Below the pieces are notes generated by a model. That model made no database searches. It was not told the origin of the DNA and saw only the letters and a program-made list of their open reading frames with translations. A program made the translations under genes and the position numbers. Below are positions 12,709 through 25,600 of a stretch of DNA of 64,000 nucleotides, piece after piece (the first letter of the stretch is position 1; each line of letters begins with the position of its first letter). The DNA lies in NCBI GenBank assembly GCA_043228905.1, contig JBHGNT010000011.1, forward strand, positions 9,238,001-9,302,000, read 5' to 3'. The DNA comes from Azolla caroliniana (taxonomy: Eukaryota > Plantae > Polypodiophyta).

Positions 12709-13928
12709 GTTGCTCTCTGCTCATATGTGTGTGTACGTGTGTGTGTGCGTGCTGCGTGTGGATGGTGATGATACGAGAGTGTAATTGGGCGAGAATCTCT
12801 GTGTATCTCTATCTATCGATGGATGTGTCTGTCTATCTAATTATTAATATGTGTGGATGATTTGATCGTATTAGTAATAATTTGGCGATGAAGATTGGTA
12901 ATCCAAAGAACCACACCCACACACACTTTGTGCCCCAAATCCTTCCCCTTCCATGGTTGGTTGGTTTGGAATTTCAAGCCTCTCAATTATTCTTTGAGTG
13001 GAATAAAGCGCTCCGGTAAACCAAGTAATTTTCATTCATGAAGAGCAACATCTTTTTCAAATGTTGCTTCACATGTCACACATCAACATTCCTGTGTACG
13101 TTGCAACCATTCATCTACATATTTGGACTATTTTGATGTCTTTGATTGGTTGGTACATCGAGTGGAGGTGGGTATTCACCAACAATAATGTTTGAGGGGT
13201 GTCGTTTTAAAAGTTAGCTCAACTTTTCTCCCTTATTCCTTTCACCTAGTAGTCATATGAAAGGTTATATTTGACGACATTCATATCTTATCATGATTCA
13301 TACAAAAAGAGCTTGTCAGTATTCTACTTTTGAATGAACACTTTACCAATTTTGCACTATCTTTGCCTTGCATATATAAGGTGAATATTGTTAAATTGAG
13401 CACCAATCACATACACTATCTATCAATAGAAAGCAAGACTCTAACTTCTACTTTGTTTGTATTTTCCATAAAGCAAAGAATTGTGTCAAATACTTTCACT
13501 TCTTTAAATTTCAACAACACCAACTAAATAAGCATCATGTCATAGCTTTATTTATGTAATGATTCATTGTAATAACCTTGACGTACTTGTCATTATTTAT
13601 GTAATGATTCAATTATTTCATATTTTCTCAATATTTATTTTTATGTTTGTTGATCAAGAGTGATGATGTTTTATCAAGCATGTGCATAGTATTGCTTCAA
13701 CATTTGTATTCCATGGTTTACACTTCTATACATTAACATGAATCTTATCATATATTATGGCACAATCCTATCATACAATCCTTTATTGCATTGCTGAGAT
13801 TCTATTAAGAGGGCATTAATAATGTGATTACTCTAAATAGGAGCAAAACAATGTGGGCGAGTTCACACCACTTCCTTTTGGTCCTTTTCAAGAAGATCTT
13901 CATTCTCACGCTGAATGAAATTAGGTTA

Positions 13929-16900
13929 TGTTGAGCGAACAAGCTCAACCAGATCCGGATCGACTGAATAAGCCAAAGCTAGATCATATCCGGATCGAAG
14001 AGTTGGATTCGCGTGTGAACCAGTAGGCCGTTAGAGGCTTACGCTTCTAGACTACTAGGTAGTTATTGTTCTCGTAGTTAGTGTTAGTGGCTCAGTACGA
14101 GCATTGAAGTACTTGTCAATCCTTTAAAGGACTTGTATAAATAGTGTTGTTGAGCACATTGTATGTAGAGAGTGTTTTAGTTTTTTTGAATATACACGTT
14201 TCTATGTTCTGCTCTAACTCTATCTCTCCCGTGTACTCTATGTGTAAGGTTTCCATTAAACCTGTGTTTATACTCTGTTGTTATCCGGTAGAGCCGGTTT
14301 TGTCTTAGCTTCCGCAATCATATTCTTTTACATGGTAGCAGAGCGCAAGGGTTGAGTACCTCTACAGCTAACGAGCGTTTTCCGAAGACAAACCCTAATA
14401 TCCGGTAAAGAACATACAGAAGAAGAATATGAACCAAGGAATGGCTAGCTCACTCCCGTCGGAGAAGCTCGACAAATCCAACTACTCATCTTGGTCGTAC
14501 AAGATGCACCAATGCCTGCTCGGGCATGGTTACTGGAGTTATGTCAACACAACCAATGATACAGCACCTAATGCGGTACACGAGGACTTCCCGGCTTGGG
14601 AACAAGTGGCAAGCAAAGTCATGTACTGCTTTGCATCCAATGTCGGCGACCAGTTATTGAGCCATATCCGGGATGCCAAGACGCTGAAGGAAGCTTGGGG
14701 AAACCTGAAAAAAGGTTTTTGCCGCAAACACCACAGCCCGGAAGCTGCAACTCTGACAGGAGTTGAGCAATGTCCTACAGAAGGACATGTTGGTGGCCAA
14801 CTACATGGCATGGATCAAAGAGATATGCGACCCACTTGCCTCCATCAATGTGACTATTGAGGAAGATGAGATGGTGTAGGTCTGTCTTGGGGGCCTGGAG
14901 TCGCATTCGCAACATTCCGGATGGCGGTCTGTACAAGGGAGAATACGCCCTTGTTTTTTGACTTACAATTGATGCTCCTAGTTGAGGAGAACCACGTGGG
15001 TGCTTCAATGAGTACGCAAACAGACAACAAGATGTTGTAAATGGAGGCAGAGAGGCCCTGTGGTCGTGGCGGATGAGGCGGATCGGCACACGGTGGAAGC
15101 GGCGGACAAGAGCAGAACCAAAGGCACAAGGATGGTGCCGACAATAGTTCCGGACCCTCCACAAGTAGGGGGAGTTAAGGCGGTGCCGAGAGCTGACAAG
15201 AGAAGACCGCAATGGACTATTGGTATTGTGGCCAGAAGGACCACACAGAGAGCGAGTGTTAGAAGAAGTGTGCCGATTCAGATAAATCCGGATCCGGCAA
15301 GGCTGGACACAAAACCCGACAAAGCTCGCGCTACGCCGAAGAACCGGAGAGATCGGATTCCGGAAATGGAACAGGCCCAGTCTTTGTGCTGAAACACAAG
15401 GCTAATTTGATGAAGAAGACCACTTCCGATTCAAAGGAAGTGTGGTATGTTGACTCCGGGGTGTCGAACCATATGACGAGCCACAAAGAATGGTTTTCAT
15501 TCCTGAAAAACCTGAGACGACACTCCTTATACTATCGGGCACATTGATGAGGTCCCTCTCAACCATGTTGGGCAGAAGGTTGATGAACGTCCCGCACATC
15601 CCGATAATCACAAAGAATCTTGTGCCAGTCGGATAGATTGTTGATCAAGGGATGTAGGTTTGGTTCACACACCTCGGGTGTTTCATCGAAGAAGACGGCA
15701 AAGTCATCGCCAAGGGCACTGAGATGGGAGGTTGTTTATCCTCGAAATGAATGATGTTGGCACCGTTATGTTTGCAAAAGGACAGAAGGTCGAGTCGGAC
15801 ATCAACCTGTGGCACAAGTGGATCGGCCACATCAACTTCTAGAAGCTTCACGAGCTCCAGTCAAAACATGTGGTTTCTGGACTACCAAAATTCAGTGGCC
15901 GGAAAGGCCAAATATGTGAAGCTTGCCAGCTCGGGAAGCAGAATAGGCTTCCATTCCCCAATGAGAAGAATCAGAGCTGGAATCGGCTCGATCTCATCCA
16001 TTTGGATGTATGGGGACCGGCACAAAATGTGAGTATTGACGGGAGTTGGTATTTCATCTCCATCATTGATGATTTCAAACAACACACTTGGATCTATTTA
16101 ATCGGGAAGAAGAGGGAAACCTTCTCATGCTTCTGGGACCTGAAAAATCTTGTTGAGCGAGAAACCGGAAGAAAGATCAAGTGTTTGAAGTCAAATGGCG
16201 GAAAAGAATACTTTTCCGGTCATTTCACAAGTTATCTGTAGATGAAGGGAATCCGACGGGAGTTCTCTTGTAGATACATGCCAGAGCAGAATGGCATGGC
16301 CGAGCATAAGAATAAGACGCCGGTAGAAGCCGCAAGGGCGATGCTTGAAGAGAAAAGCATGCCAAAGTTTTATTGGGCCGAAGCAATTCGGACAACCGCT
16401 ACATCCAGAATCGGATATCTACCTCAGGGACAAAGTTGTCGCAACACGAACTGTACTTCGAGCAGAAGCCGAATTTGGCACACCTTCGGGTGTTCGGTAG
16501 CATTGCATATGTGCATCTACTGACGGAAAAATGGAGGAATTTAGACGCGAAAGATGAAAAGTGCATTATTGTTGGTTACTCGGATGAACAAAAGGGTTAT
16601 AAGTGTTATAACTCTTGATCGAAAGCGGTTCGAGTTAGCCGAGATGTCATTTTCAATGAATTAGCATCCTAGTACTTCTTTCCACCTGAGCCCAAGCCGA
16701 TTGGTATTTATGATCCAGTAGAATCCGGAAGAGAGAGAAGCATCGTGGACTCCGACCGTCGGATAGTCCAACTTCTCTCCGGATGAGTGGACCGAAACCA
16801 GATTGGTTGAGTCGGAGTGGTCGACCGGATGATGAGTCGGCGAGTAATAAAGACTCGGTCGTGCTCTCCCTGCACAAGGAACTGAGGAGACGGTTCATGC

Positions 16901-17430
16901 GCAAAGAGAAGGGGAAGAAGAAGACCCCTGAGTATGACATTGGCAGAGCTGAGTCAGATTGGATTGATTCCGACTCCAACTCAAATGAAAAGGAAACTCT
17001 GAGAACAAGGTCAAAGTCAGCTAAGAAGGCCGCAAAATCGGCGAATTAGGAATTGCACCGATCCACCCACCAGAAGAATCCCGTGAAGAGGTACAAGTAT
17101 AATGAGTATATGGCGCATCGCTATGCGTACATGACGAAAGTGGCGGTAGTGTGTGACCGGAGAGCTACGCAGAGACGACAAAGGATGCAATTTGGTGTGC
17201 CGCACATAGGAAGAGATGCACGCATTCACGGAAAACGAGACATGGGATTTAGTTGACGTACCGAAAGGAGCGAATCCGATTGGTTGCCGATGGGTATACA
17301 AGGTGAAATACAATGTCGATGGCTCAATCAACTGGTACAAGGCCCAGTTAGTGGCCAAGGGCTACGCACAGCAGCACGACATCGACTACGATGAGACCTT
17401 TGCGCCGATCACGAAGATGACGATTGTCCG
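13929..17430 (+). mobile_element. Copia element, 5' LTR to start of RT, 3'-truncated
   Basis: LTR TGTTGAG...TTACA 13929-14332, PBS TGGTAGCAGAGC 14333-14344, gag (LDKSNYSSWSYKM), protease WYVDSG, integrase (CEACQLGKQ, HLDVWGP, PEQNG), RT start (PIGCRWVYK...ETFAP). Confidence 0.9.
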
Positions 17431-17700
17431 CATGAGCATCGATTGCAAGTCAAAAAAGGATGGTGGCTTCTCCCGGGTGAGGATAGCGGTCTGGATGGGC
17501 CCGTACCTTTGAGCCAGACCACCGAGGTAGATTTACACCATTTCATCCTCGTCTATCGTGACGTCAATGGACCCTAATGAGTCGCAAATCTCCTTTATTT
17601 TTGCAGTGTAGTCTAAAATTGACGTATCCTTCTGTCGGATATTATTCAGTTCTTGCTGAAGCTGTAGCTTCCGGGTTGAGGTACTTGTGGCGAAAATCTT
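17431..17700 (-). mobile_element. Isolated Copia gag fragment between two convergent elements
   Basis: Minus strand KIFATSTSTRKLQLQQELNNIRQKD...KIKEICDSLGSI. Confidence 0.8.
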
Positions 17701-20700
17701 TGGTGAAGTTGTCAATTGTCTAAAGATTCGTGTTGATGTGTTGAAGGTAGACATCTCTAGCCTGAACGCGCTCTTAGATGAAGTGATAGTGCACTTCAAT
17801 ATGCTTTGTGTGTGCATGGAACACCGAGTTCCAAGCCAGATAAATACTGCTCATGTTGTTGCAGTAAAGGGGAGTCAGATCCTTGATGGGAACACCCAGA
17901 TCCTTCAGGATTTGCTTCAACCAAATGGCTTCACATGCAGCCACAATTGTGCCCCTGTATTCAGCCTCTATGCTTGAAAGAGTGACGGGTGGCAACTCCT
18001 TGCTACTCTAGGATATTGCTCCACTACCGATGGAGAAAACAAATCCGGAGGTTGATCGTCAGTTGGCTCTATAGCTGGCCCAATCGGCATTTGTGTATCC
18101 CTCGAGTCGAATTGGTGTGGCCCATTTGTAGAGAATGCCACAATCCATTGTGCAGCTCACATATCGTAATACTCGCTTAGCGCAATCCAAGTGAATGTCA
18201 TGTGGTTTTTGCATGAATTGGCTAAGGAGGCCAACCTGATAGCTGAGGTCGGATCGAGTGATCGTGAGATAGATGAGGCTCCTAATCGGTTGTTGAGATT
18301 CGATACTGAGTCGGCTCACACTCTTTTGTGCCAGAGTCGACATCCAGTTTGAGGTTTTGATCAAGACGGGTTGCCATAGATTTACACTGAGTCATCCCGA
18401 ACATGTATAACAAATTAATGATGTAGTGTCCTTGAGAGATCATAATGTCGTTTGGAGTCTGAATTACCTCGATGCCAAGGAAGTAATGGAGCTCCTTCAT
18501 GTACATCATCTCGAATTTGCTGGAGAGGAGGGACTTGACCTTGTTGATGTCGACTAGATTTTCACCTCCAATGACCAAATCATCCACATATAGGATGATG
18601 ACAATCAGGCTTCCAGAATCACTTCTTATGTAGAGGGAGTTGTCGGATTTCGACATTCGGAAGCTGATTTGATGAAGATACTCAGTGATCTTGGAATGCC
18701 AAGCTCTAGGTGCTTGTTTGAGGCCATAGAGTGGCTTCTTTAGTCGTCAGACTGCTTTCGAATGGGTGCTTGATTTGAAGCCAGGTGGTTGTACCATGTA
18801 GACCTACTCTTCTAATTCGCCTTGAAGAAAGGTGTTCTTGACGTCCATCTGGTGGAGGTGCCACCCTTTTGCCACTGCAAGTGCTATCACGGTCCGCACA
18901 ACCGTCATCTTTGCCACCAAGGCAAAGGTCTCTTCATAGTTGACTCCATGTATTTATGTGTATCCTTTCGTTATGAGTCGAGCTTTGTAGCAGTTGAGAG
19001 AGTCTTCAGCATTATACTTCACCTTGTAAATCCATCTACAACTGATTGCTTTTTTATGGTGAGTGGAGAACGAGATCCCATGTCTCTTTCTTGCATAGTG
19101 CTTGCATATCCTCATTCATTGCTTCAAACCATCGTGGATCCTTGGCTATTTCGGAAAAAATTTCCCATTCTTGAACTGTCGCCACCTTCATCATAACGGC
19201 ATAGTGGTATGCCATATAGTCGTTGTAGCCAAATCAGCTAACCAGATTCTTCTCTCAGGTGGAGCGACGAAGTTTCTCATTCACCAATGTGACCTCATAA
19301 GAGGCACATCAAAGCCACCGAGCTCACTGTCGAATGAGTGAGTCGATTTGTTGTTGTTGGATTCATCATCTTCATATTCCGGCATTTTGGCCTTGCCTTT
19401 GTCCATCTTCGAACTTGGTTGAGATGTGCTTTGCTCGCTTGAAGACTCTTGTGGTTCGCTCAATCTAGTTGAGATAAGACTTTCCTTGGGTATTGACCTT
19501 AGTTGATCATCATCTTCTGTGTTGTCGAGGTCGTTCGTAGATGGTTTGGGAGGAGTCAGGTCGGGTTCAAGAGAAGTATTCCTTGCCTCCATTTGATTGA
19601 AGACATCGTACATGTCGACCTATTTCCTTTTCGACTCCACTCTTGAATTTTTGGAAGTGTCTAAACATTTCGCTCTTTTGCCGCATGGGGTAGATCCAAG
19701 TGTGCCCGGAGAAATAATTGATAAATGTGACATAGTATCATCATCCTTCGAATGTTGCCGTCTGAGCCGCTCCCCATACATCAAAATGAATTACATTGAG
19801 TAGGCCTTTGCTCACGTTCCTCTCTTTCAGGGAAGGGTGCCGATGTTTCTTGCCAAATTGGCAGGCTGCACATACGCCTTTAATCTCTTTCTATTTGAAG
19901 GTCGGGAGCCTGATGACAACTCCTTTCAATTGCATCGCCTTGAGTTTATTGAGGTTGATGTAGCCAATCCACTTGTGCCATAGTTCTATGTCGGTGTTGG
20001 CTTTGGTGGCCCTTTGCAAACATGGCCGATTTCATCTCAAGCGAATCGAGAATGAACATTCGACCTTCTCTTCATCCGTGAGTGATGAGTCGGCCCTCTT
20101 TTTTGATGAAGCAACCACCTTGGTTGAATCGAACTTGGATCCCTTGCTCAACAATTTGGCTGATTGAGACCAAAATCTTCGTGATGGTTGGTACATGCAA
20201 GACATTATTAATGTATATTTGGTTACCTTCTTTGCCAAATGGGACATTACCGATATGTCAAATTGGATGAATAGTGTCGTCTCCGGTTTCGACATAGCCG
20301 GGTCGATCTGGCTCTCGTAAGTCTTGGAACCATTCTTGATGAGACATCATATGGTTTGAGGCACTGGAGTCGACGAACCATACATCTTTCGGATCGGAGG
20401 CACTAGTTGAAATAGAGGCCGACATAGAATTTGCTCTATGTCTCATCACAAACATTCCACCGTGATCCTAATAGTCGGAGTTGGTGGTGTAATTGGTGAG
20501 TTGTCGACTTGTGGAAGCTGACTCACGCTTCTTCTTCAGGCACTCTTCTTCATGGTGGCCGAGTTTTGTCAGCTCGAACTAGAATGGAAGCTCCCCCTTC
20601 TTTCGTCTTGTTTCCGAAATCGGGAGTTGTTTTCATAAGTCGGACCTCGTCCGCCTCGTCCTTGGCCGAATCAGCCTCTTCTTGTCCGACCGCGTCCTCT

Positions 20701-21517
20701 TCCTCCATCCGAGTGTGAGTAGAGCATGTGGCCTTCCGAGGCGGTGCACCTTATTCGAACATGGTTTTCTTCAACCAACAACATTGATTGAAGATCGAAG
20801 AAAGAGGGAGGATTCTCCCTTGCTAGAATGACGATTCAATCTAGTGGTGCGAGGCCGCCGAGGCATATTTGCACCATCTCATCATCCTCCACGTTGACAC
20901 TTATTGAGCCGAGAGAGTCACAAAGCTCCTTGATCTTCGAGGTGTAGCTTGTGATGGACATATCCTTTTGTTGAACGTTATTCAACTCTTGGTGGAGTTG
21001 AATCTTTTGTGCCCTTGTATTGGCGGCAAATATCTTCTTGAGATTCTCCCAAGCTTCTTTTGGGGTCTTGGCTTCCTAAATGTAGCCAAGCATGTGGTCA
21101 TGGACACATGTCGCCAAGCAATACATCACTCGGCTTGCGACTTGCTCCCATGTTGAGTATTCAAGAGTCGTTGGATCGGGTCGATTTTCTTGTGCTCCTT
21201 TGATGTAGCTCCAATAGCCTTGGCCGACAAGATGCAAAGTTATTTCTATCCAACTTCTCGCCGGGGAGAGCGCTCCCCATTTGAGTATTCATTATGTTGA
21301 TGAATATTTCTTTCTTCTTCTTTTCCTTCTATCTTGAACACGAGCTATGTAGTGGCACTACGATAACGATGAGCCAATTCTTCTTGAATCATTGGCATAG
21401 ACAAAACACATGTGGTTGGACTAGATCGAGCTACTAATGCGCTCTGATACCATGTAAAGAATCGATGGTATGATTTTGTGCAATGGAATAGGTTAGAGAT
21501 GTGTGTTGTGTGTGTGC

Positions 21518-21567
<50 letters not shown>

Positions 21568-21789
21568 CAAGATAGACAAAAATAAAATGAAGTACCCAAG
21601 AAGATTGTGTATTAACAAGGAGAATTAATAAGTGTGTAGACTAATAGAACACAATTACTTGATACGATAATAGCTTAATAATAATTAACTAAGATATAAA
21701 TAACTATGTTGATGGTTATAGAGAAGAGATTATCTAGTTCTCATGATTTGATTAATTATGTCCACTTTTCTGCTCACTTAGGATCAACA
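17701..21789 (-). mobile_element. Copia element (5' LTR about 21453-21789, gag-pol to RNase H), lacking 3' LTR
   Basis: PBS TGGTATCAGAGC 21441-21452, WFVDSSASNHM, ILYVDDLVI, LSSIEAEY...HTKHIEVHYHFI. (CT)n tract inside the LTR. The integrase core appears deleted near 19.6 kb. Confidence 0.9.
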
Positions 21790-22694
21790 TCAACGATCAC
21801 TCTAGTACCAAACCTTCAGATTGCAATACCATTTAACATTTTAACGTTGCTAATAAGTATATGTTCTTCCTTCATCATGCACTTTGTTGCATGCCTTGTG
21901 CTTCCCATGTATTCTTGCAAGTTAACATCATTATACCTTGGCCAAGGAGACATCTTTAGGTGGTTTCTAATATGTAACACCCTCATTGATAATATTCAAT
22001 TTAAGCTTCCCACAAATATATGCACATTCAATAGTTTTGATGTTTGCATTTACATGTTAACATCTATAACACGATTATTTGGATATTGCATAGTTGTGTG
22101 TAGTCCTTAACAAACCCAATCTTAACGAATTCATGTTGTTTGAGCAATCATTTGTCTAAGGCTACATGGGTGACCTTCTTTCCAACAACCTTTTGACATT
22201 CCTAGAGTGCTCCATGTACGCATTGTGTTGGCCCCTTCCCTTATGTATAATAACATGACTTATGTTCATTTTGTTGTAACTGTGGACTTACCTTATCATT
22301 ACTACATAAGTGGACTCTTTGGTTTATAACGACAAACAAGAAACACAAAAAGTGGATAGGCTGCTTGTATCTAAAAGCCAGCTAAGAACGAAGAACAAAA
22401 ACAGGGAGCGAGAGAGGGCATCACATGGTAAAGCATTAGTGTGAAAGTAATGATGAATAATGAAGTGTGATGATGCATATGTATTTTAAGATATATATAC
22501 ATATATATTCCATTAAAGACAGAGAGAGAGGAGGTCATACCAATTGAAAGGTAGATGTGGTGTGTTGTACACAGAAATGTGTGTGTGAGGGTTTAGGGGG
22601 GGGGGGGGGGTTGGCGAAGGAACAGAATCCTCTTTCTTTCTCTCTCTCTCTCTCTCTCTCTCTTTGGAGTTTTGGCAGGCTCTATGAGACTTGG

Positions 22695-25600
22695 ATGATG
22701 ATGATGATGGCCTTGCGTGTTCCCTCCCAATCCCTGCACTATTCCACATTCCTTCGTCCAACGCCACGCCGCCTTCTTCTTTTGCTTACCCACCCTCACC
22801 CTCACCCTCACCATCACCACCATTGCTGTCATCGATTCCTTTCGAGCCTTCCGGTCGCCACTTCAACCCCCCTTCCAGCTCTCACTCTCGTGGGGACACC
22901 AGGTTTGCTCATTTTTTCTGTAACTCAAGAAAATCAATCTTAATGATTAGTATAGCAATCAAGGATTCATATTCAGGAAGTTGTATGCATACACATGACA
23001 ATCATGCAAACGTACACCACAGTGTTAATATTTGCAAAACAAATCAATGTCAAATGGCTGTCCTTGTGCCCTAACCAGGAGATGCTGTCTTCTGTAACCA
23101 AGTAATTATGTGTATCAATTTGACTTGACGGCAACTTCTAAAACTGAGATATTTTACTTTTACTTAAAAGTTGGAACGCAGACCATAATCCTTGGGCTAC
23201 AATTTAAATGCCTTATCTTTGTGAAACTTTCCTATTGCAATACCTCCTTCATTTTTTTGTTACATGTGTGGGGAAATTGGAGCATGGAATCCATAAGGTA
23301 AATGGATATTCAAAGAGACAGATACCATATGATTAGAAGTGGCCATAAAAGTTGAATTTTTTCTAACGTCAGGTGACATCTTCTAATGTCTCTGTCTTGG
23401 ATCACGCTGGACAATGGGAAACAGCCATCCTCTAACATGACATGTAATGTCCATAGAGGAAAAATCCTCACTTAATGATGGGAGATAAATTAAATGTTTT
23501 CTACATAGCCGGAGATGAGTCTGAAGCAGTTTTAGACTAGGGTTGCTTTGTTTATGTCAGCCGCATAGTTGTCAGTCATCTGTTGCTGCATCTATCGTAG
23601 TTCCATCACCTACTCCAACCTCTTTGTCGGCATCAAAGTCCATCTGCTCGTGCTCACATTTTATGCATCACTCTTCACCTTCCACGCCAATTCTTCAATT
23701 GAAGATCATGATTCCTTCTATGATGATCAGTTAATTTTCAACAATGTATCTATATACGTTCCTTGACTGAGTCATCCATCATCAAGACACTTTCATATCC
23801 ATCGTTTCACGAAACATCGTTTTATCCTGAAACAAAGTCGTGAAACAGAAATAATCATTTCTTGTGACTATGGAAGTTTTATTGTATTTATCTCAAACCC
23901 TCTACCTTTTTTTCCTGACCCCATGATGCCAAGCAACTATGGGACAATCATGATTGGCCATTACTTGGTTAAACTATATGGCTCCATTCTAGAATCAGAA
24001 TTGAGTATATGGGCAGAGATGAATGGCTGCCGTTCAGCTGGACAGACAGGCTTTTGGAAGGGGTTCACAACTTTGGATCACATATTGACCCTCCAAGCCC
24101 TTATTGAGGAGGCCAGAGCCCATAATAAGAGGATTTATTGCTGCTTTGTGGATTTCTGAAAAGCCTTTGACATGACGTTGTGCCACGTGCTTGGCTTATG
24201 CAACGGGTAGGCGTCCTTGGTGTTCCTATAGATATGCAATGGGGAATCTATGCACTCCATGAATCCGTGTCAAGAAAAGTGCGGTCGTCCAAGGGTTTGT
24301 TAGAGGTGGCGGCTAGCACAATCGGAGTGAAGCAAGGATGCCCATTATCACCCACTCTTCGGTCTCATTTACGCCAATAGAAACAACATCGATAGTTACT
24401 CCCGCTTCAGCCTCGGAAACAGTTTCCACTCTTGCTCGGGTAAGTGATACAGTGTTGATTGCATCCATTTCTAATTCTAAGGACATGGCGGTCATGTCCG
24501 CTCTAGACATTGCCCTATGTACTAGCTCTTTTCCATCAAAATACAATGATTTCTCTGATGTATTTGAGAAGAAAAATGCTGATCGCCTGCCTGAACATCG
24601 CCCATACGATTGTCCAATTGACTTGAGATGGTGCTTGTCCTCCTTTTGGCCCTATCTATGGGTTATTTGAACCTGAACTCAAGGCCCTCAAAATATACAT
24701 TGAAGAGAATCTCACAAAGGGATTCATTTGCCACTCAAAATCTCTAGCTGGCTCTTCTATCTGGCTCTTCATTCAAGGATTCTCTACATTGGTGCAACCC
24801 CTTATAGCACTCACTCGGAAGGATTCTCCTTTTTGTTGGACTCCTATAACCCAACTAGCATTCGAGACACTGAAGAAAGCTTTTACCTCGGCGCCAGTAC
24901 TTCTACACCCAGATCTGACCAAACCATTTACGATTGAAACTTATGCCTCTGACTTTGCCATTGGTGCCATTCTCTCTCAATCAGATAACAACAAGATCCT
25001 TCATCCTGTTGCCTTTTATTCTCGGAAGTTCACAACCCCTCGTGATCAACTACCCAGTTTACGACAAAGAACTCTCTGCCATTATTGCCACCTTTGAAGA
25101 ATGGCGTCCTTACTTGGTGGACGCCCAACACTGTGTCCAGGTGGTGACCTATCACAAGAACCTTGTCTACTTCACCACTACTTGCATTTTAAACCAAAGG
25201 CAAGCGCGATGGTCGACCTTCCTGGTTGATTACGACTTTGAAATTGTTTTTCGTCTTGGTGCCCAACATGGTAAAGCCGATGCCCTATCTCGGCGTTCGG
25301 AATTTGAAATCCGGCCAGGAGATGGGATCTACAATCAACAATCATGTTGTCTCCTACAACCACATCAGATGCAACTCTTTGCAGCTTATATGGGCGTGGA
25401 TGAATCATTACTCAATGCAATAGCGACAGATATTGCCAACGACAAATTTGCAAAAGAGATTAAGGAGAATCGAGTCAACAACTCCACCATAAGGGAGGTA
25501 CAAAATATTCATGACCAATTTATGTTTCGGGATGGTTTTCTTTTCCAGAACAGCTTAATGTATGTCCCAGATGGTCTGTGTCGTATTCGTATCGTGAAGG

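Noticed and set aside
13929-21789. One single element bounded by the two outer LTRs
   Set aside because: The LTRs are dissimilar and opposed, and the flanks GGTTA/TCAAC are not a TSD.
22590-22662. G15 run and (CT)n upstream of Twinkle as a specific regulatory element
   Set aside because: Simple repeats are common in plant 5' regions and nothing here supports a specific function.
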